A DNA stretch of 64,000 nucleotides from an uncultured Chloroflexia bacterium (GCA_963700285.1 CAVOXA010000015.1:32001-96000); one strand, 5' to 3'. Positions 29,234 through 44,411 are shown, numbered from the stretch's first letter. The notes: generated from the sequence alone by a model not told the origin. Numbers and translations are program-made.

Positions 29234-29306
29234 AAGGCGATGTTGCTCCGCCCAGACCGTCTTCGTAGCTCATAGGCAAGCTAGCTCGAACAACCAGAGA
29301 AACAGC

Positions 29307-32832
<3,526 letters not shown>

Positions 32833-32842
32833 TTTCCTACCC

Positions 32843-32922
32843 CGTCATCGCGAGGAGCGTCAGCGACGAAGCGATCCCCAGTTGCGCAATTGGAGACCAC
32901 TTCGCTGGCACTCGCGATGACG
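32843..32922. repeat. REP-like palindrome, family A
   Basis: Perfect 12-bp terminal inverted repeat CGTCATCGCGAG...CTCGCGATGACG, 10 bp after the helicase stop. Confidence 0.88.
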
Positions 32923-32959
32923 ACTTTGCCATAGTGCTGAGCACCCCTACTTGATCCGC

Positions 32960-32988
32960 TGGACAAGGCTCTAAAACTATAGTACAAT
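32960..32988 (+). promoter_or_regulatory. Sigma70-type promoter of TA pair 2
   Basis: TGGACA-17 nt-TACAAT. Confidence 0.55.
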
Positions 32989-33042
32989 GCATGGTAGAAT
33001 ATGTATTACAGTTCATAGCGCATCTTTGTAAGCGAGGTGACC

Positions 33043-33324
33043 ATGCAGAAGATCATTGGCGTGACCGAACTACAGCGCCGCTTCCGCTCTATTTTCGACG
33101 AGGTGGCCAAGGAGCGCGTCCCCTACGTCCTGACCCGGGGCAGCCGGCCCGAAGCAGCGCTCATCCCCTACGACGAGTACTTGCGCTTCGAGGCACTGAG
33201 GGAGCAGGACCTGTTGGCCCGTTTTGACCAATTGGTGGCCCGGATGGCGGAACAAAGCGCGGCTATCAGCGAGGAAGAGGTGGCCGCCGACGTGGCCGCC
33301 GCCCGGGCTGAACTGGCGAACTGA
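33043..33324 (+). CDS. Phd/YefM family antitoxin
   Basis: IIGVTELQRRFRSIFDEV...YVLTRGSRPEAALIPY. Confidence 0.88.
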   Translation: MQKIIGVTELQRRFRSIFDEVAKERVPYVLTRGSRPEAALIPYDEYLRFEALREQDLLARFDQLVARMAEQSAAISEEEVAADVAAARAELAN

Positions 33325-33749
33325 TGCGGGCCGTCGTCGACACCAACGTCCTGGTGCGGTCCGTCATCCGGCCTCAGGGCACGGTGGGCCCGGTGCTGCT
33401 GCGCCTCCGCCATGGCGAGTACACCCTGCTCTATGCCCGCTCGCTCCTGGAAGAACTGATCGACGTCCTCAACCGGCCGCGTATTCGCCAAAAGTACGGC
33501 CTGTCCGGCCAGGATATCCAGACCATCCTCGGCCTTATACTCCTGCGCGGGGAGGAGGTCACACCAGTGGAGTGCATCACGGCTTGCCGTGACCCCAAGG
33601 ACGACAAGTTCCTGGAAGTGGCCGTGGCCGGCCGGGCCGACGCCATCGTCAGTGGAGACCAGGATCTGCTGGTGCTGCATCCCTATGAAGGCATCCCCAT
33701 CATCCCACCGCGCCTTTTCCTGCGGATGCTGGATCAGCAGGAGCAGTGA
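33324..33749 (+). CDS. PIN-family toxin (PIN_3-type)
   Basis: [11 protein letters not shown] and [29 protein letters not shown]; TGATG coupling to the antitoxin. Confidence 0.9.
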   Translation: MRAVVDTNVLVRSVIRPQGTVGPVLLRLRHGEYTLLYARSLLEELIDVLNRPRIRQKYGLSGQDIQTILGLILLRGEEVTPVECITACRDPKDDKFLEVAVAGRADAIVSGDQDLLVLHPYEGIPIIPPRLFLRMLDQQEQ

Positions 33750-33768
33750 TACAACAAAGGAAAACTGC

Positions 33769-36600
33769 ATGACCTACCGCAAAAAACTGATCGAAGTCGC
33801 CCTGCCCCTGGAAGCCATCAACGAGGCCAGCGCCCGCGAGAAATCCATCCGCCACGGCCACCCCAGCACGCTGCACCTGTGGTGGGCGCGCCGGCCCCTG
33901 GCCGCCTGCCGCGCCGTGATCTTCACCTCGCTGGTGGACGACCCCGACGACCCCGACGCCCCGCCCGAGTTCGTCGAGGCCTGCCGCAAGCTGCCGCGGG
34001 GCAAGAACGCCGCCGAGAACGACACGCCGCGCCAGCGCCTGTTCGACTTCATCGAGACGCCTGGTCCAGTGGGAGAGCACCACCGACGAGCAGGTGCTGG
34101 AGACCGCCCGCGAGCTGATCCGGCTGGCGACGGACGGCAACCCGCCGCCGCTGCTGGACCCCTTTGCCGGGGGCGGCAGCATCCCGCTGGAGGCGCAGCG
34201 CCTGGGGCTGGAGGCCCACGCCAGCGACCTGAACCCGGTGGCGGTGATGATCAACAAGGCGCTGATCGAGATCCCGCCCAAGTTTGCCGAACATGCCGCC
34301 GGTGAACCCCCGCGACCGGGAGAAGATGGGCAGCGGCACGCGGCTGGAAGGGCGCGGCAGGCCTGGCCGCCGACGTGCGCTACTACGGCGAGTGGATGCG
34401 CGACCGCGCCTGGGAGCGCATTGGGCACTCTGTACCCGAGACTGCAACGGCGAGACGGTGATCGCCTGGCTGTGGGCGCGCACGGTGAAGTGCCCCAACC
34501 CGGCCTGCGGCGCGCAGATGCCGCTGGTGCAGCTCCTTTGACTGAGCAAGAAGAAAGGGCAGACGGGCGTGGGTGGAACCGCATGATCGACCAGACCGCC
34601 AAGACCGTGCGTTTACGTGGTCAAGACAGGGCAAGGGCAAAGCGCCCAGAAGGCACCCAAAGTGGGCCGTGGTGCGAAGTTCCGCTGTCTGGTGTGCGGC
34701 GACCGGTGCCCTATGACCACATCGCGAGACGAGAGGCGAATAGCTGGAGCGCATGGGAGCGCCAGTTGATGGCGATTGTGACCGAGGGCAGCAAGTCGGA
34801 CGCAGCTACTACGCAGCCGACACCCGAACACGAGCAGATTGCCGCAAGCGCAATACCAGCATGGCACCCGGACCAAGCTGGCCAAGACGCCTGCGGATTT
34901 CGTGTCCAGATGTATGGCATGACCAGACATCGCTGACCTCTTCACCCCACGCCAGCTCGTCGCCCTGACCACCTTCAGCGATCTGGTGGCCGAGGCCCGC
35001 GAGCAAATCCACGCCGACGCCGTTGCAGCCGGCCTGCCCGATGACGACGTTCCCTTGCGCGAGGGCGGCGCCGGCGCCCGGGCCTACGCCGAGGCAGTGA
35101 GTGTGTATCTTGGCGTTTGCTGTGGATCAGCAGTGCAGACTACTGGTCAATGCTCTGGCCAGTTGGGGCAACGAGATTCATCGTGCAAGCACTTTTGCAC
35201 GACAGGCACTGCCAATGATTTGGGATTATGCTGAGGCAAATCCATTTAGCTGATTCGACGGGGAACTGGCTTGGCAGCCATCGACTGGATTGCAAGAGCG
35301 CTTGAGATGTCTGCATGCCACGGTCGACGGGATATGCAGTATCAAGCGTGATGCCACGCAACTCGAGTTCTGACAGGCAGTTCGTTATATCAACCGATCC
35401 ACCGTACTACGACAATATCGGCTATGCGGATCTATCTGACTTCTTCTATGTTTGGCTGCGTCGAAGTCTGCAGGATGTCTATCCAGACATCTTCAGCACT
35501 TGCTGGTTCCAAAAGAACCGGAACTGATTGCCTCTCCGTATCGCTTCGGCGGCGACAGAGACGCAGCAAATGAGCATTTCGAGACAGGGCTTGACGAAGC
35601 TTTTCGCAGATATGCGCAGATCATGCTCAGCCGAGACTATCCCTTGACGGTCTACTATGCATTCAAGCAGTCCGAAGATCGATACGCTGAAGGAAGGACA
35701 CGTGCAGCAGTACTGGCTGGGAAACGATGCTGAAGGGCTTAATTCGAGCCGGGTTTTCAATCATTGGTACTGGCCAATGCGCACCGAGAGACTCGGGCGC
35801 ATCATGGAGCATTGGCACAAATGCTCTCGCCTCCTCCATTGTCCTGGTCTGCCGCCCGCGCCCTGACGACGCGCCGATGACCTCCCGCCGCGAGTTCGTC
35901 AACGCCCTGCGCCGCGAACTGCCCGCTGCCCTGCGCGAGATGCAGTCGGGCAACATCGCCCCGGTCGACCTGGCCCAGGCCACCATCGGCCCCGGCATGG
36001 CCGTCTACAGCCGCTACAGCAAGGTGCTGGAGCCCAACGGCGACCGGCTCACCGTGCGCACCGCCCTGCAGCTCATCAACCACGAGCTGGACGCCTACCT
36101 GGCCGAGCAGGAGGGCGACATCGACGCGGACTCGCGCTTTGCCGTGGCCTGGTTCGAGCAGTTCGGCTTCCAGCGAAGGCCCCTTCGGCCAGGCCGACGT
36201 GCTGGCCCGGGCCAAGAACACCAGCGTCGACGGCCTGGCCCACGCCGGCGTGCTGCGACTCGGGGGCGGGCAAGGTGCAGCTTCTACCGCTGGTCGGAGC
36301 TGGACCCCGGCTGGGACCCAGCCACGGACAGGCGCCTCACCGTCTGGGAGGCCGTCCACCACCTGATCGAGCGGCTCAACGTCCACGGCGAGGAGGGCGC
36401 GGCCATGCTGCTGGCCAAGATGCCCTCCGACCTGGCGGCCGAGGCGCGGCAGCTCGCCTACCGGCTCTACAGCATCTGCGAGCGCAAGGGCTGGGCCGAG
36501 CACGCCCGGGACTACAACGCGCTGGTCATCTCCTGGGGCGCCAGCCAGGAGCAGGCGCGGGAGTTCAAGGAGCAGTACCAGCAGGGGAGGCTGTCTCTAA
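33769..36600 (+). CDS. DUF1156-domain adenine-specific DNA methyltransferase; many indels
   Basis: [44 protein letters not shown] (motif I), CPNPAC zinc finger, TDPPYYD (motif IV, near 35396) and [14 protein letters not shown]. Confidence 0.9.
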
Positions 36601-36775
36601 CGTCATTGCGAGCGGAGGCTTCCAGACGTCATTGCGAGGAGCGTCAGCGACGAAGCAATCCCCAACTACTCCAGTGGAGACTGCTTCGGCCCCAAAGCGG
36701 GCCTCGCAGTGACAGGATCGATGGGGACCCAGGACATGCTCGGGACAGGCTGTCACTGCGTTCCTCGCGATGACA
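36601..36775. repeat. Cluster of family A REP palindromes left of the GIY-YIG gene
   Basis: CGTCATTGCGAG twice (36601, 36627), closing CTCGCAGTGACA at 36714, plus a mini-palindrome TGTCACTGCG..CGCGATGACA (36751-36775). Confidence 0.85.
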
Positions 36776-36792
36776 GGCGTGAGAGGGGGCTG

Positions 36793-37080
36793 GTGACCAA
36801 GCAGTATTTTGTGTACATCATGACCAACAAGCACAACCGGGTGCTGTATACCGGCGTGACCAATGATCTCAGGAGACGGGCATACGAGCATCGGACCGGG
36901 CGCGGGGGTGGGTTCACGAGCCGGTACAATGCGACGAAACTGGTGTACTACGAGGTCTGTGAGGATCCGCGATCTGCCATCGCCAGAGAGAAGCAGATCA
37001 AGGCGGGCTCCAGGCAGAAGAAGCTGGACCTGATCGAAGGGATGAATCCGGAGTGGGAAGATCTGTATCCCGGTCTGTAG
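36793..37080 (+). CDS. Small stand-alone GIY-YIG nuclease (95 aa)
   Basis: YFVYIMTNKHNRVLYTGVTNDLRRRAYEH...FTSRYNATKLVYYE...AIAREKQIKAGSRQKKLDLIEGMNPEWEDL. Confidence 0.92.
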   Translation: MTKQYFVYIMTNKHNRVLYTGVTNDLRRRAYEHRTGRGGGFTSRYNATKLVYYEVCEDPRSAIAREKQIKAGSRQKKLDLIEGMNPEWEDLYPGL

Positions 37081-37144
37081 GGCAGGATCTCTTCGAGAAT
37101 CAGCAGCGGCAGTTCGCCCGAGCGAGCCTCGAAATCACAAGGCA

Positions 37145-37228
37145 CCTGTCACTGCGAGCGCTAGCGAAGCAGTCTCCAGCTACATAGTTGGGGATCGCTT
37201 CGTCGCTGGCGCTCCTCGCGATGACAGG
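37145..37228. repeat. Family A REP palindrome right of the GIY-YIG gene, inverted relative to 36627-36714
   Basis: Reverse complement gtcatcgcgaggagcgccagcgacgaagcgatccccaacta...tggagactgcttcg matches the left copy gtcattgcgaggagcgtcagcgacgaagcaatccccaacta...tggagactgcttcg. Confidence 0.88.
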
Positions 37229-37243
37229 CTGGGAGGGAGTTAG

Positions 37244-40200
37244 ATGGCACTCAGCAACAGAGAACGGGTCGGACGGATCCTGGAGGCACTGAAAGAGGGC
37301 CTGGGGCCTTTCATCATGCGCGAGTACCGCCAGCGCTATACCGCAAACGACTATACCAACGAGATGGACATGGTCCTAAGCACCGGAGCCTACCCGGGCC
37401 TTCCCGATGATGCCTGGTCCGACGATGCCGCCCTGCTGGCGGCGCTGGACACCCACGCCTGCCTGCACCTGATGTGGCGGCGCTGGAACGAGGTCTTCCA
37501 GGACAAGCTGGGCCACGTGGGCCGCTCCTACGTCAGCGAGATGATCGAGGCCCGCAACAACTGGGCGCACCAGAGCGCCTTCTCCAACGACGAGGCCTAT
37601 CGCGTCGCCGACACCGCCGCCCGCCTGCTCAAGATGGTCAGCGCCGCGCCGGAAGCGGCCCGCGTCGACGAGATCGGCCGCGAGCTGCTGCGCCAGCGCT
37701 TCGAGGCCGAGGCCGAGAAGGCAAGAAAGGAGACCGTCGTCCAGGCCGAGACGCAGATCACCACGCCTGGCCGGGCTCAAGCCCTGGCGCGAGGTGGTCC
37801 AGCCCCATCCCGACGTGGCCAGCGGGCGCTACATCCAGGCCGAGTTCGCCGCCGACCTCTCCCAGGTGCTGGCCGGCACCGCCGAGGCCGGAGTACCAGG
37901 ACCCGCTCGAGTTCTTCCGCCGCACCTACCTCACCGAGGGCCTGCTGGCCCTGCTGGTGACCGGCGTCAAGCGCCTCACCGCCCAGGGCGGCGACCCGGT
38001 GGTCCAGCTCCAGACCGCCTTTGGCGGCGGCAAGACCCACAGCATGCTGGCCCTCTACCACCTCTGCGGCGGCAAGATCCGGCTGGGCGATTTCCCCGGC
38101 GGCGAGCGGATGGCCGCAGAGATCGGCGACGTCGACCTGCCGGAGGCCAACATCGCCGTGCTGGTCGGCACGGCCCTCGACCCGTCCCGGCCGCGCGAGT
38201 ACCCCGACGCCACCGTCCACACCCTGTGGGGCGAGACTGGCCTACCAGCTCGGCGGGCGCGAAGGGCTACCAGATGGTCGAGCAGGCCGACCTCAAGGGC
38301 GTCAGCCCCGGCTCCAACACCCTGCAGCGAGCTGCTCTTCCAATTCGGCCCGTGCCTGATCATCATCGACGAACTGGTGGCCTACGCCCGCAACCTGTAC
38401 AGCGTGGAGCGGCTGCCGGCCGGCTCCTTCGAGTCGATCATGACCTTCATGCAGTCGCTCACCGAGGCGGTCAAGCGCTCGGACGAGTCGATGCTGCTCG
38501 ATCTCGCTGCCCGAGTCGGACATCGAGATCGGCGGCGAGGCGGGGCGCGCCGTGCTGGAGACCCTCTCCCACGTCGTCGGACGCATCGAGTCGGTCTGGA
38601 AGCCGGTCACCGCCACCGAGAGCTTTGAGATCGTGCGCCGCCGCCTGTTCGCCACCGAGGTCGACTATGCCGCCCGCGACGCCGTCGTCAACGCCTTTGG
38701 CGACATGTACCGCAACGCCGCCGGCGAGTTCCCCTCCGGCGTGGCCGAGCGGGACTATCTGGACCGGATGCAGCGCCGCCTATCCCATCCACCCCGAGCT
38801 GTTCGACCGGCTCTACCAGGACTGGTCCACCCTGGAGCGCTTCCAGCGCACCCGCGGCGTGCTGCGGCTGATGGCCGCCGTCATCCACCAGCTCTGGACG
38901 CGGGGCGATCCAGTCGCTGCTGATCATGCCCGGCACGCTGCCGCTGGACACCACGCCCGGTGCGCAACGAGCTGCTGCGCTACCTGCCCGATACCTGGGC
39001 TGCCGTCTTCGACACCGACATCGACGGGCCAGAATCGCGCCCCTTTGCCATCGACGGCCACGTGCCCGGCCCTGGGCAAGCTACAGCGCGGCCCGGCGCG
39101 TGGCGCGCACCATCTTCGTCGGCAGCGCGCCCTCGGTGGCCGAGCAGCGCGTCCGCGGCCTGGAAGAGATCCGCATCCGCCTGGGCTGCGCCCAACCCGG
39201 CGAGCCGGCCGCCGTCTTTGGCGATGCCCTGCGCCGCATGAGCGGCCAGCTCACCTACCTCTACACCGACGGCAGCCGCTACTGGTACGACACCCGGCCC
39301 ACCGTCAACAAGCTGGCCCGCGACCGCGCCCAGAGCTATCGCCAAGAAGAGGTGGACGCCGAGATCGTGGACCGGCTGCGAGCTGTGCCCAAGAACCGGG
39401 ACTTTGCCGCCTTTCACGTTGCCCCGCCCGAAACCTCCGACGTGGTGGACGAGGATCGGGCCAGGGTCGTCGTCCTGCATCCCGAATTCACCCACAAGCG
39501 CACGACCGGCGAGACAGAGGCGGTGCAAGCAGGCCCGGCGCTTCCTGGAGAGCCGCGGGAACGCGCAGCGCCTCTACAAGAACATGCTGATCTTCATCGC
39601 CGCCGACGAGAACGACGCCGAGGCCCTGCAACTCGGCTGTCCGCGATTTTCTGGCCTGGCGGTCCATCCACGATGAGCGCGACGAACTGAACCTGGACGC
39701 CCAGCAGCGCCGGCAGGTGACGACCAGCCTGGAAAAGGCCGATGAGACGGTGGATCTGCGGCTCCGGGCGGCCTATAGCTGGCTGCTGGTGCCGGTCCAG
39801 CCGGAGCCGCTGGGACCCATCGAGTTCCAGGCCAGCCGCATCAGCGGCGACGACAACTTTTACGACCGGGCCGCCCGCCGGCTGCGCAACGACGGCCTGC
39901 TGATCTACGAGTGGTCGCCCGACATCCTGCGCATGGAGCTGGACCGCTACATCTGGAGCGAGGAGCGCGGCTGGGAGGTCGGGCTGAAGCAGCTCTGGGA
40001 ATACCTGGCCCAGTACTGCTACCTGCCGCGCCTGTTCGACCAGCGAGGTGCTGGTCAACGCCGTCAGGGACGGCGTGGGCCGCCTGGACGCGCCCTTCGC
40101 CTACGCCACGGGCAAGAGCGAAGAGGGCTACCACACCGGGGTCGTACTCCGCAGCCTGGGTACCGTCTACTTTGACGACCGGAGCCTGCTGGTCCATCCG

Positions 40201-40553
40201 GATCACGTGGTCGAGCCACCCGAGGTCAAGCCTGTCGTCGGAGCCTGGCCAGGGTACGGACGGTCCCTGGCCCAGGCAGAACGCCACCAGTGCACGAACC
40301 CGAGCCCCGAGAGAAAGTGATGACCCGCTACTACGGCCGCGTCGCCATCGACCCCCAGCGCGCGAACCAGGACATGGGTCTCATCGTCGAGGAGGTGGTC
40401 GAGCGCCTTACCAGCCAGCTTGGCTGCGAGGTCGAGATCAGCGTCGAGATCGAGGCCAAGCGGCCGGACGGCTTTGAGGAGAGCACCATCCGCACCGTCA
40501 GCGAGAACAGCCGCACGCTCAAGTTTGAGGGTTTTGGCTTTGAGGAGCGGTAG
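37244..40553 (+). CDS. DUF499 AAA+ ATPase with N-terminal Swt1-like HEPN domain; many indels
   Basis: [17 protein letters not shown] (RxxxxH, 37553-37570), [54 protein letters not shown] and C-terminal [12 protein letters not shown]. Confidence 0.88.
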
Positions 40554-40625
40554 ACCAAGCTCCCCTACGCGCCAGCTATCAGCAAAGATCGTGCATTCCT
40601 CCAGTCAGCAAGGAGCGAGTGGTTC

Positions 40626-41681
40626 GTGATAAAGCAGTCTGTATGCCCTGAATGCGAAGCATTGAATCGATGGCAGAACCTGTACTGCACGCGTTGCGGT
40701 GCGTCCATGCACGGCGCGGTCATTGTCCAGGAAGCCTCCAAATCCACAGAGGAGGATACTCCCCGGATGCGCGTACCGGGCTGGTTAAAATGGCTGCTTC
40801 TGGGGCTGCTATTGCCAGTTGTGTTTATCGCAGGCTCCCGCTTGTTAGATCAGGGGGTACTCACCGGTTCCTCGGAACCACCCCGTCCCATGGCACTTGA
40901 TCCCACCCATTTACTCTGTGGCATCTCCATCGTTTTGGTCTTTGCCATCCCCCTACTTCTGATTGTCCTGCTTCTGCCTCCTTTGCTGCACAGAGATCGA
41001 CTCAATCAGCGCGCCCAGCGCGACTACCGCGAAGCAAGGGGTACTTACCACCTGAACCAGCTCCGGCAGTCGCTCACATCTCTGGACGCCAAGTTGGAAA
41101 AGCTTGGGCAGCAAGAATCGCAGTTGAATGCAAAAATCCACTCATTGCATCAGCAGCGTCAGCAAGAGCTTCTGCGCGCCCTGAATCGCCACGTTGCACA
41201 AGCTTACCTGACCGACATTGACGGGATCGGGCCCAAACTGCGCGACCGTATCCTGCAGGAGTGCTTTTCTGGAACGCTCGACAGTCTGTTGGTGGCCTAC
41301 TGTGTACAAGGCGTTGGAGAAAAGCGAGCGCTAGATATCCGCGTCTGGGTCCAAAAGTGGAAGCAGCAACTGCCAGAGCTTGCCATGACAGACTTCCCAG
41401 GCAAAAGGAGAATTGTGGCCAGCTACGAACAGAAGCTGCAGGCTAGCAGGGGTACACTGGAGTCTGTCCAGAAAAAGTCCCGCTCGCTGCAACGCCTCAG
41501 GAAACTGGCTGTGGCCGAGCAAGAGCGCCTGGCAGGTGTGACAGTGTCACATTTCAGGCAAGCCTACAACCGGAACTCGGATAGCTCCGAAGTCATTGAT
41601 CACTACTTGCAAGGCGTCTTTGCAGAGTGGGCGCCGATGCCCGCATGGTTCAAGCAACTGATTGGGGAGTTTGGAGGCTGA
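40626..41681 (+). CDS. Hypothetical membrane protein: zinc ribbon, 2 TM helices, coiled coil, helix-hairpin-helix
   Basis: CPEC...YCTRCGA; two hydrophobic stretches; heptad-rich segments; LTDIDGIGPKL and VQGVGEKRA HhH-like motifs. Confidence 0.7.
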   Translation: MIKQSVCPECEALNRWQNLYCTRCGASMHGAVIVQEASKSTEEDTPRMRVPGWLKWLLLGLLLPVVFIAGSRLLDQGVLTGSSEPPRPMALDPTHLLCGISIVLVFAIPLLLIVLLLPPLLHRDRLNQRAQRDYREARGTYHLNQLRQSLTSLDAKLEKLGQQESQLNAKIHSLHQQRQQELLRALNRHVAQAYLTDIDGIGPKLRDRILQECFSGTLDSLLVAYCVQGVGEKRALDIRVWVQKWKQQLPELAMTDFPGKRRIVASYEQKLQASRGTLESVQKKSRSLQRLRKLAVAEQERLAGVTVSHFRQAYNRNSDSSEVIDHYLQGVFAEWAPMPAWFKQLIGEFGG

Positions 41682-41682
41682 T

Positions 41683-44181
41683 ATGCTGAGCGGTTTGCGC
41701 AACCGTTTCCGCAGGGTGCGGGTACAGGATCTACTGCTCGAATTCACCCTTGACCTCGACAAAGAAGACAAACATGTCGCAAAGGTCTACTCGATGGTAG
41801 ACGGACAACGGGAGCAGGTCACCGATATCCGTGGCTTGTGGAGCTACGGGTTCACGTTGGAGCATCCGACCGGACAGTACTCCATCAGCAGGGAGACCTG
41901 TGAGACGCTACTTGCCATGCGCTCCCTGAATCCCAACATCCAGCCGGATGGTAGCATGGTCTTTGATGTCTGTCCACCCGTGCTCCGCTACCTGAGGACT
42001 CGGGCCGCCATCGATGAAGCACTGACATCCAAAGAGTTAGAGATCGCAGAGAAACCACTGGAGCCAGCCTCTTTGGTAGACTTTGAACCCGGGAAGGGCC
42101 TCAAGGTCCGGTCCGGATTCCGCCAAGACGGAAAAGGTGACTTCATCGCCCGGGACAAGCTCGAGCTCACACCCGACAAAGGTTATGTACGAACTGGCAA
42201 ATGCTTCTATCCTGTGGACCAGAACCTCAATCCCAAGATCAAGGAATGGATAGACAGAGTAGTCACGAATGTACCGCTCGATCGTATCCCAGAGTTCTTC
42301 AAGAGGGATCTCGTCCTTCTCAAGACTCAAATGAGTGCGGTGCTGACAGAGAGAGCGAACAGCATCCAAATCATCGATTCCCAGTTCTCACCGCGCGTGC
42401 GTGTCGAGTCGGACGAGCCAGGCTGGCTGGACTTTCAGGTGGACTATGTTGTGGGTGACTACGAACTGCCTGCTGACCTGATTCGCAGGGCAAAGCAAGA
42501 ATACGTCCAGCCTGATGACCACACATGGGTCAGCTTGGACAGCCAAACCATTGCAGATACCGAGAAGCGCCTCCGCGAGTTGGGGGCACAACCGATCGCC
42601 GGAGGATTTCGTGTGCCGGTAACCCAGTTTGCATCCCTTGAGGAGTTTATTGAACAGATTGGGGGAATTCGCGAGGTCTCCGCAGACTATGCCCGTTTCC
42701 TCGAGCAAATCACGGACTTTCAGGCCGACGAGCACTTCCGGCTGCCAGCTGAGGTCGAGATCCGTTTGGTCTCCAGTGGCATTAACCTCCGCCCCTACCA
42801 GCGAGCCGGCATTCACTGGCTGAACTGGCTGGTCACGCATCATCTCCATGGTGTTCTTGCCGACGATATGGGCCTTGGAAAGACCATCCAGACCATCGCC
42901 ACTATGGCTCAGCGCTATCGGGACGAAGATGCTGCACAACATAGTCTTGTTGTCTGTCCCAAGTCGGTGGTGCACTTCTGGGCTCGCGAGATACAGCGCT
43001 GCATTCCCAACGCGCTGGTCTACGAATATGTGGGCCCGTCGCGGAGCCGTGACCTGTGGAAGGCTGCCAAACCTATCATCTTCATCAGTACCTATGAGAC
43101 TGTGGCCCGTGACATAGGGCTCATCCAGCCAGTCCCTTTCTTTTTCTTGGTCTTGGATGAAGCCACCAAAATCAAGAATCCGAATACGCAGCGGACGAAA
43201 GCTATCAAGCATCTAAATTCAGTACACAGGGTTGCCCTAAGTGGCACACCCATCGAGAATCGCCCCGCAGAGCTGTGGTCACTCTTTGATTTCCTCATGA
43301 AGGGGCATCTAGGAACCTATGGCAAGTTCATTCGCCTGTTTGAGAACCCCATCACGTCTGGTGACGATCGTGCGGCCCAACGACTCTCAAGGCGCATCCG
43401 GCCCTTTGTCCTCCGGCGACTGAAAGGACAGGTTGCAAAAGACCTCCCGGAAAAGATCGAGATGGACATCTGGTGCGAACTGACAAACGAGCAGAAATCC
43501 CTCTATGGCCAGATTCAGGATACCTACGCCGACCCCGTCCGCCAAGCGTTGGACGGAGGAGAGCAGGTGAGCTATGCTACCAGCATCCTTCCGGTGTTGA
43601 CCAAGCTGAAGCAGGTGTGTGACCATCCCGCTCTGATCACCGGGGAAGTGAACCCCGTCGATGGCCGATCGGAAAAGCTAGACAGGGTTGTCAGGAAGGT
43701 CGAAGAAGTGAAGGGGCAAGGCGAACACATTGTACTCTTTAGTCATTTTCTTGCCACCCTGGACCTTCTCGAGATCGCATTCAAGCAAAGAGGTATCACC
43801 TACATCCGCCTCGATGGATCGACTGGGAATCGGCAGCAGCTCATCGATCATTTCAACAGGTCTCGGGTCGATGCTGCGCTCTGCAGCATTCAGGCGGTTG
43901 GTCACGGCATCAGTTTAACGGCAGCCAACCACGTCATCCATATTGACCGGTGGTGGAACCCTGCCGTCGAAGACCAGGCCACAGACCGCGTTCACCGCAT
44001 CGGTCAAGATAGGACAGTCTACGTGTACAGGGTACTCGTCGCTGGAACACTGGAGGAAAAGATAGCGCTCCTCTTGGAAAAGAAGCGAAACATCTCGGAT
44101 AGGATTGTAGGCGCTGCGGTCGGACAGGAAATGCGCTGGACCAGGGACGAGCTATTGGAACTCCTGAAGCCCCTGGAATAG
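41683..44181 (+). CDS. SNF2-family helicase/ATPase (intact)
   Basis: LRPYQRAGIHWL, LADDMGLGKT, LDEATKIKN, LSGTPIEN and DRWWNPAVEDQATDRVHRIGQ. Confidence 0.93.
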   Translation: MLSGLRNRFRRVRVQDLLLEFTLDLDKEDKHVAKVYSMVDGQREQVTDIRGLWSYGFTLEHPTGQYSISRETCETLLAMRSLNPNIQPDGSMVFDVCPPVLRYLRTRAAIDEALTSKELEIAEKPLEPASLVDFEPGKGLKVRSGFRQDGKGDFIARDKLELTPDKGYVRTGKCFYPVDQNLNPKIKEWIDRVVTNVPLDRIPEFFKRDLVLLKTQMSAVLTERANSIQIIDSQFSPRVRVESDEPGWLDFQVDYVVGDYELPADLIRRAKQEYVQPDDHTWVSLDSQTIADTEKRLRELGAQPIAGGFRVPVTQFASLEEFIEQIGGIREVSADYARFLEQITDFQADEHFRLPAEVEIRLVSSGINLRPYQRAGIHWLNWLVTHHLHGVLADDMGLGKTIQTIATMAQRYRDEDAAQHSLVVCPKSVVHFWAREIQRCIPNALVYEYVGPSRSRDLWKAAKPIIFISTYETVARDIGLIQPVPFFFLVLDEATKIKNPNTQRTKAIKHLNSVHRVALSGTPIENRPAELWSLFDFLMKGHLGTYGKFIRLFENPITSGDDRAAQRLSRRIRPFVLRRLKGQVAKDLPEKIEMDIWCELTNEQKSLYGQIQDTYADPVRQALDGGEQVSYATSILPVLTKLKQVCDHPALITGEVNPVDGRSEKLDRVVRKVEEVKGQGEHIVLFSHFLATLDLLEIAFKQRGITYIRLDGSTGNRQQLIDHFNRSRVDAALCSIQAVGHGISLTAANHVIHIDRWWNPAVEDQATDRVHRIGQDRTVYVYRVLVAGTLEEKIALLLEKKRNISDRIVGAAVGQEMRWTRDELLELLKPLE

Positions 44182-44382
44182 GCTGGGTCCATGCAGCGCA
44201 GGCTGGCTTGAAGCAAACCTTCCTGAGAGCCCACAACGCTGCATCCGCGAGTCACCGCAGGTAGAACTGCCAGGGCAACCAGCGGCCAGCCCGCCTGCGC
44301 CCGAGATTCAGCCGATTGTCACCAGCTACCCGGCATCAATCGAGCCGCGCCTTCTATCCCCTCTCCATCCTCCATCTACCCC

Positions 44383-44411
44383 TTGCCAACCTCCCCCAAC
44401 TATGCTACAAT
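44383..44411 (+). promoter_or_regulatory. Sigma70-type promoter with extended -10
   Basis: TTGCCA-17 nt-TACAAT, with TG at -15/-14. Confidence 0.7.
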
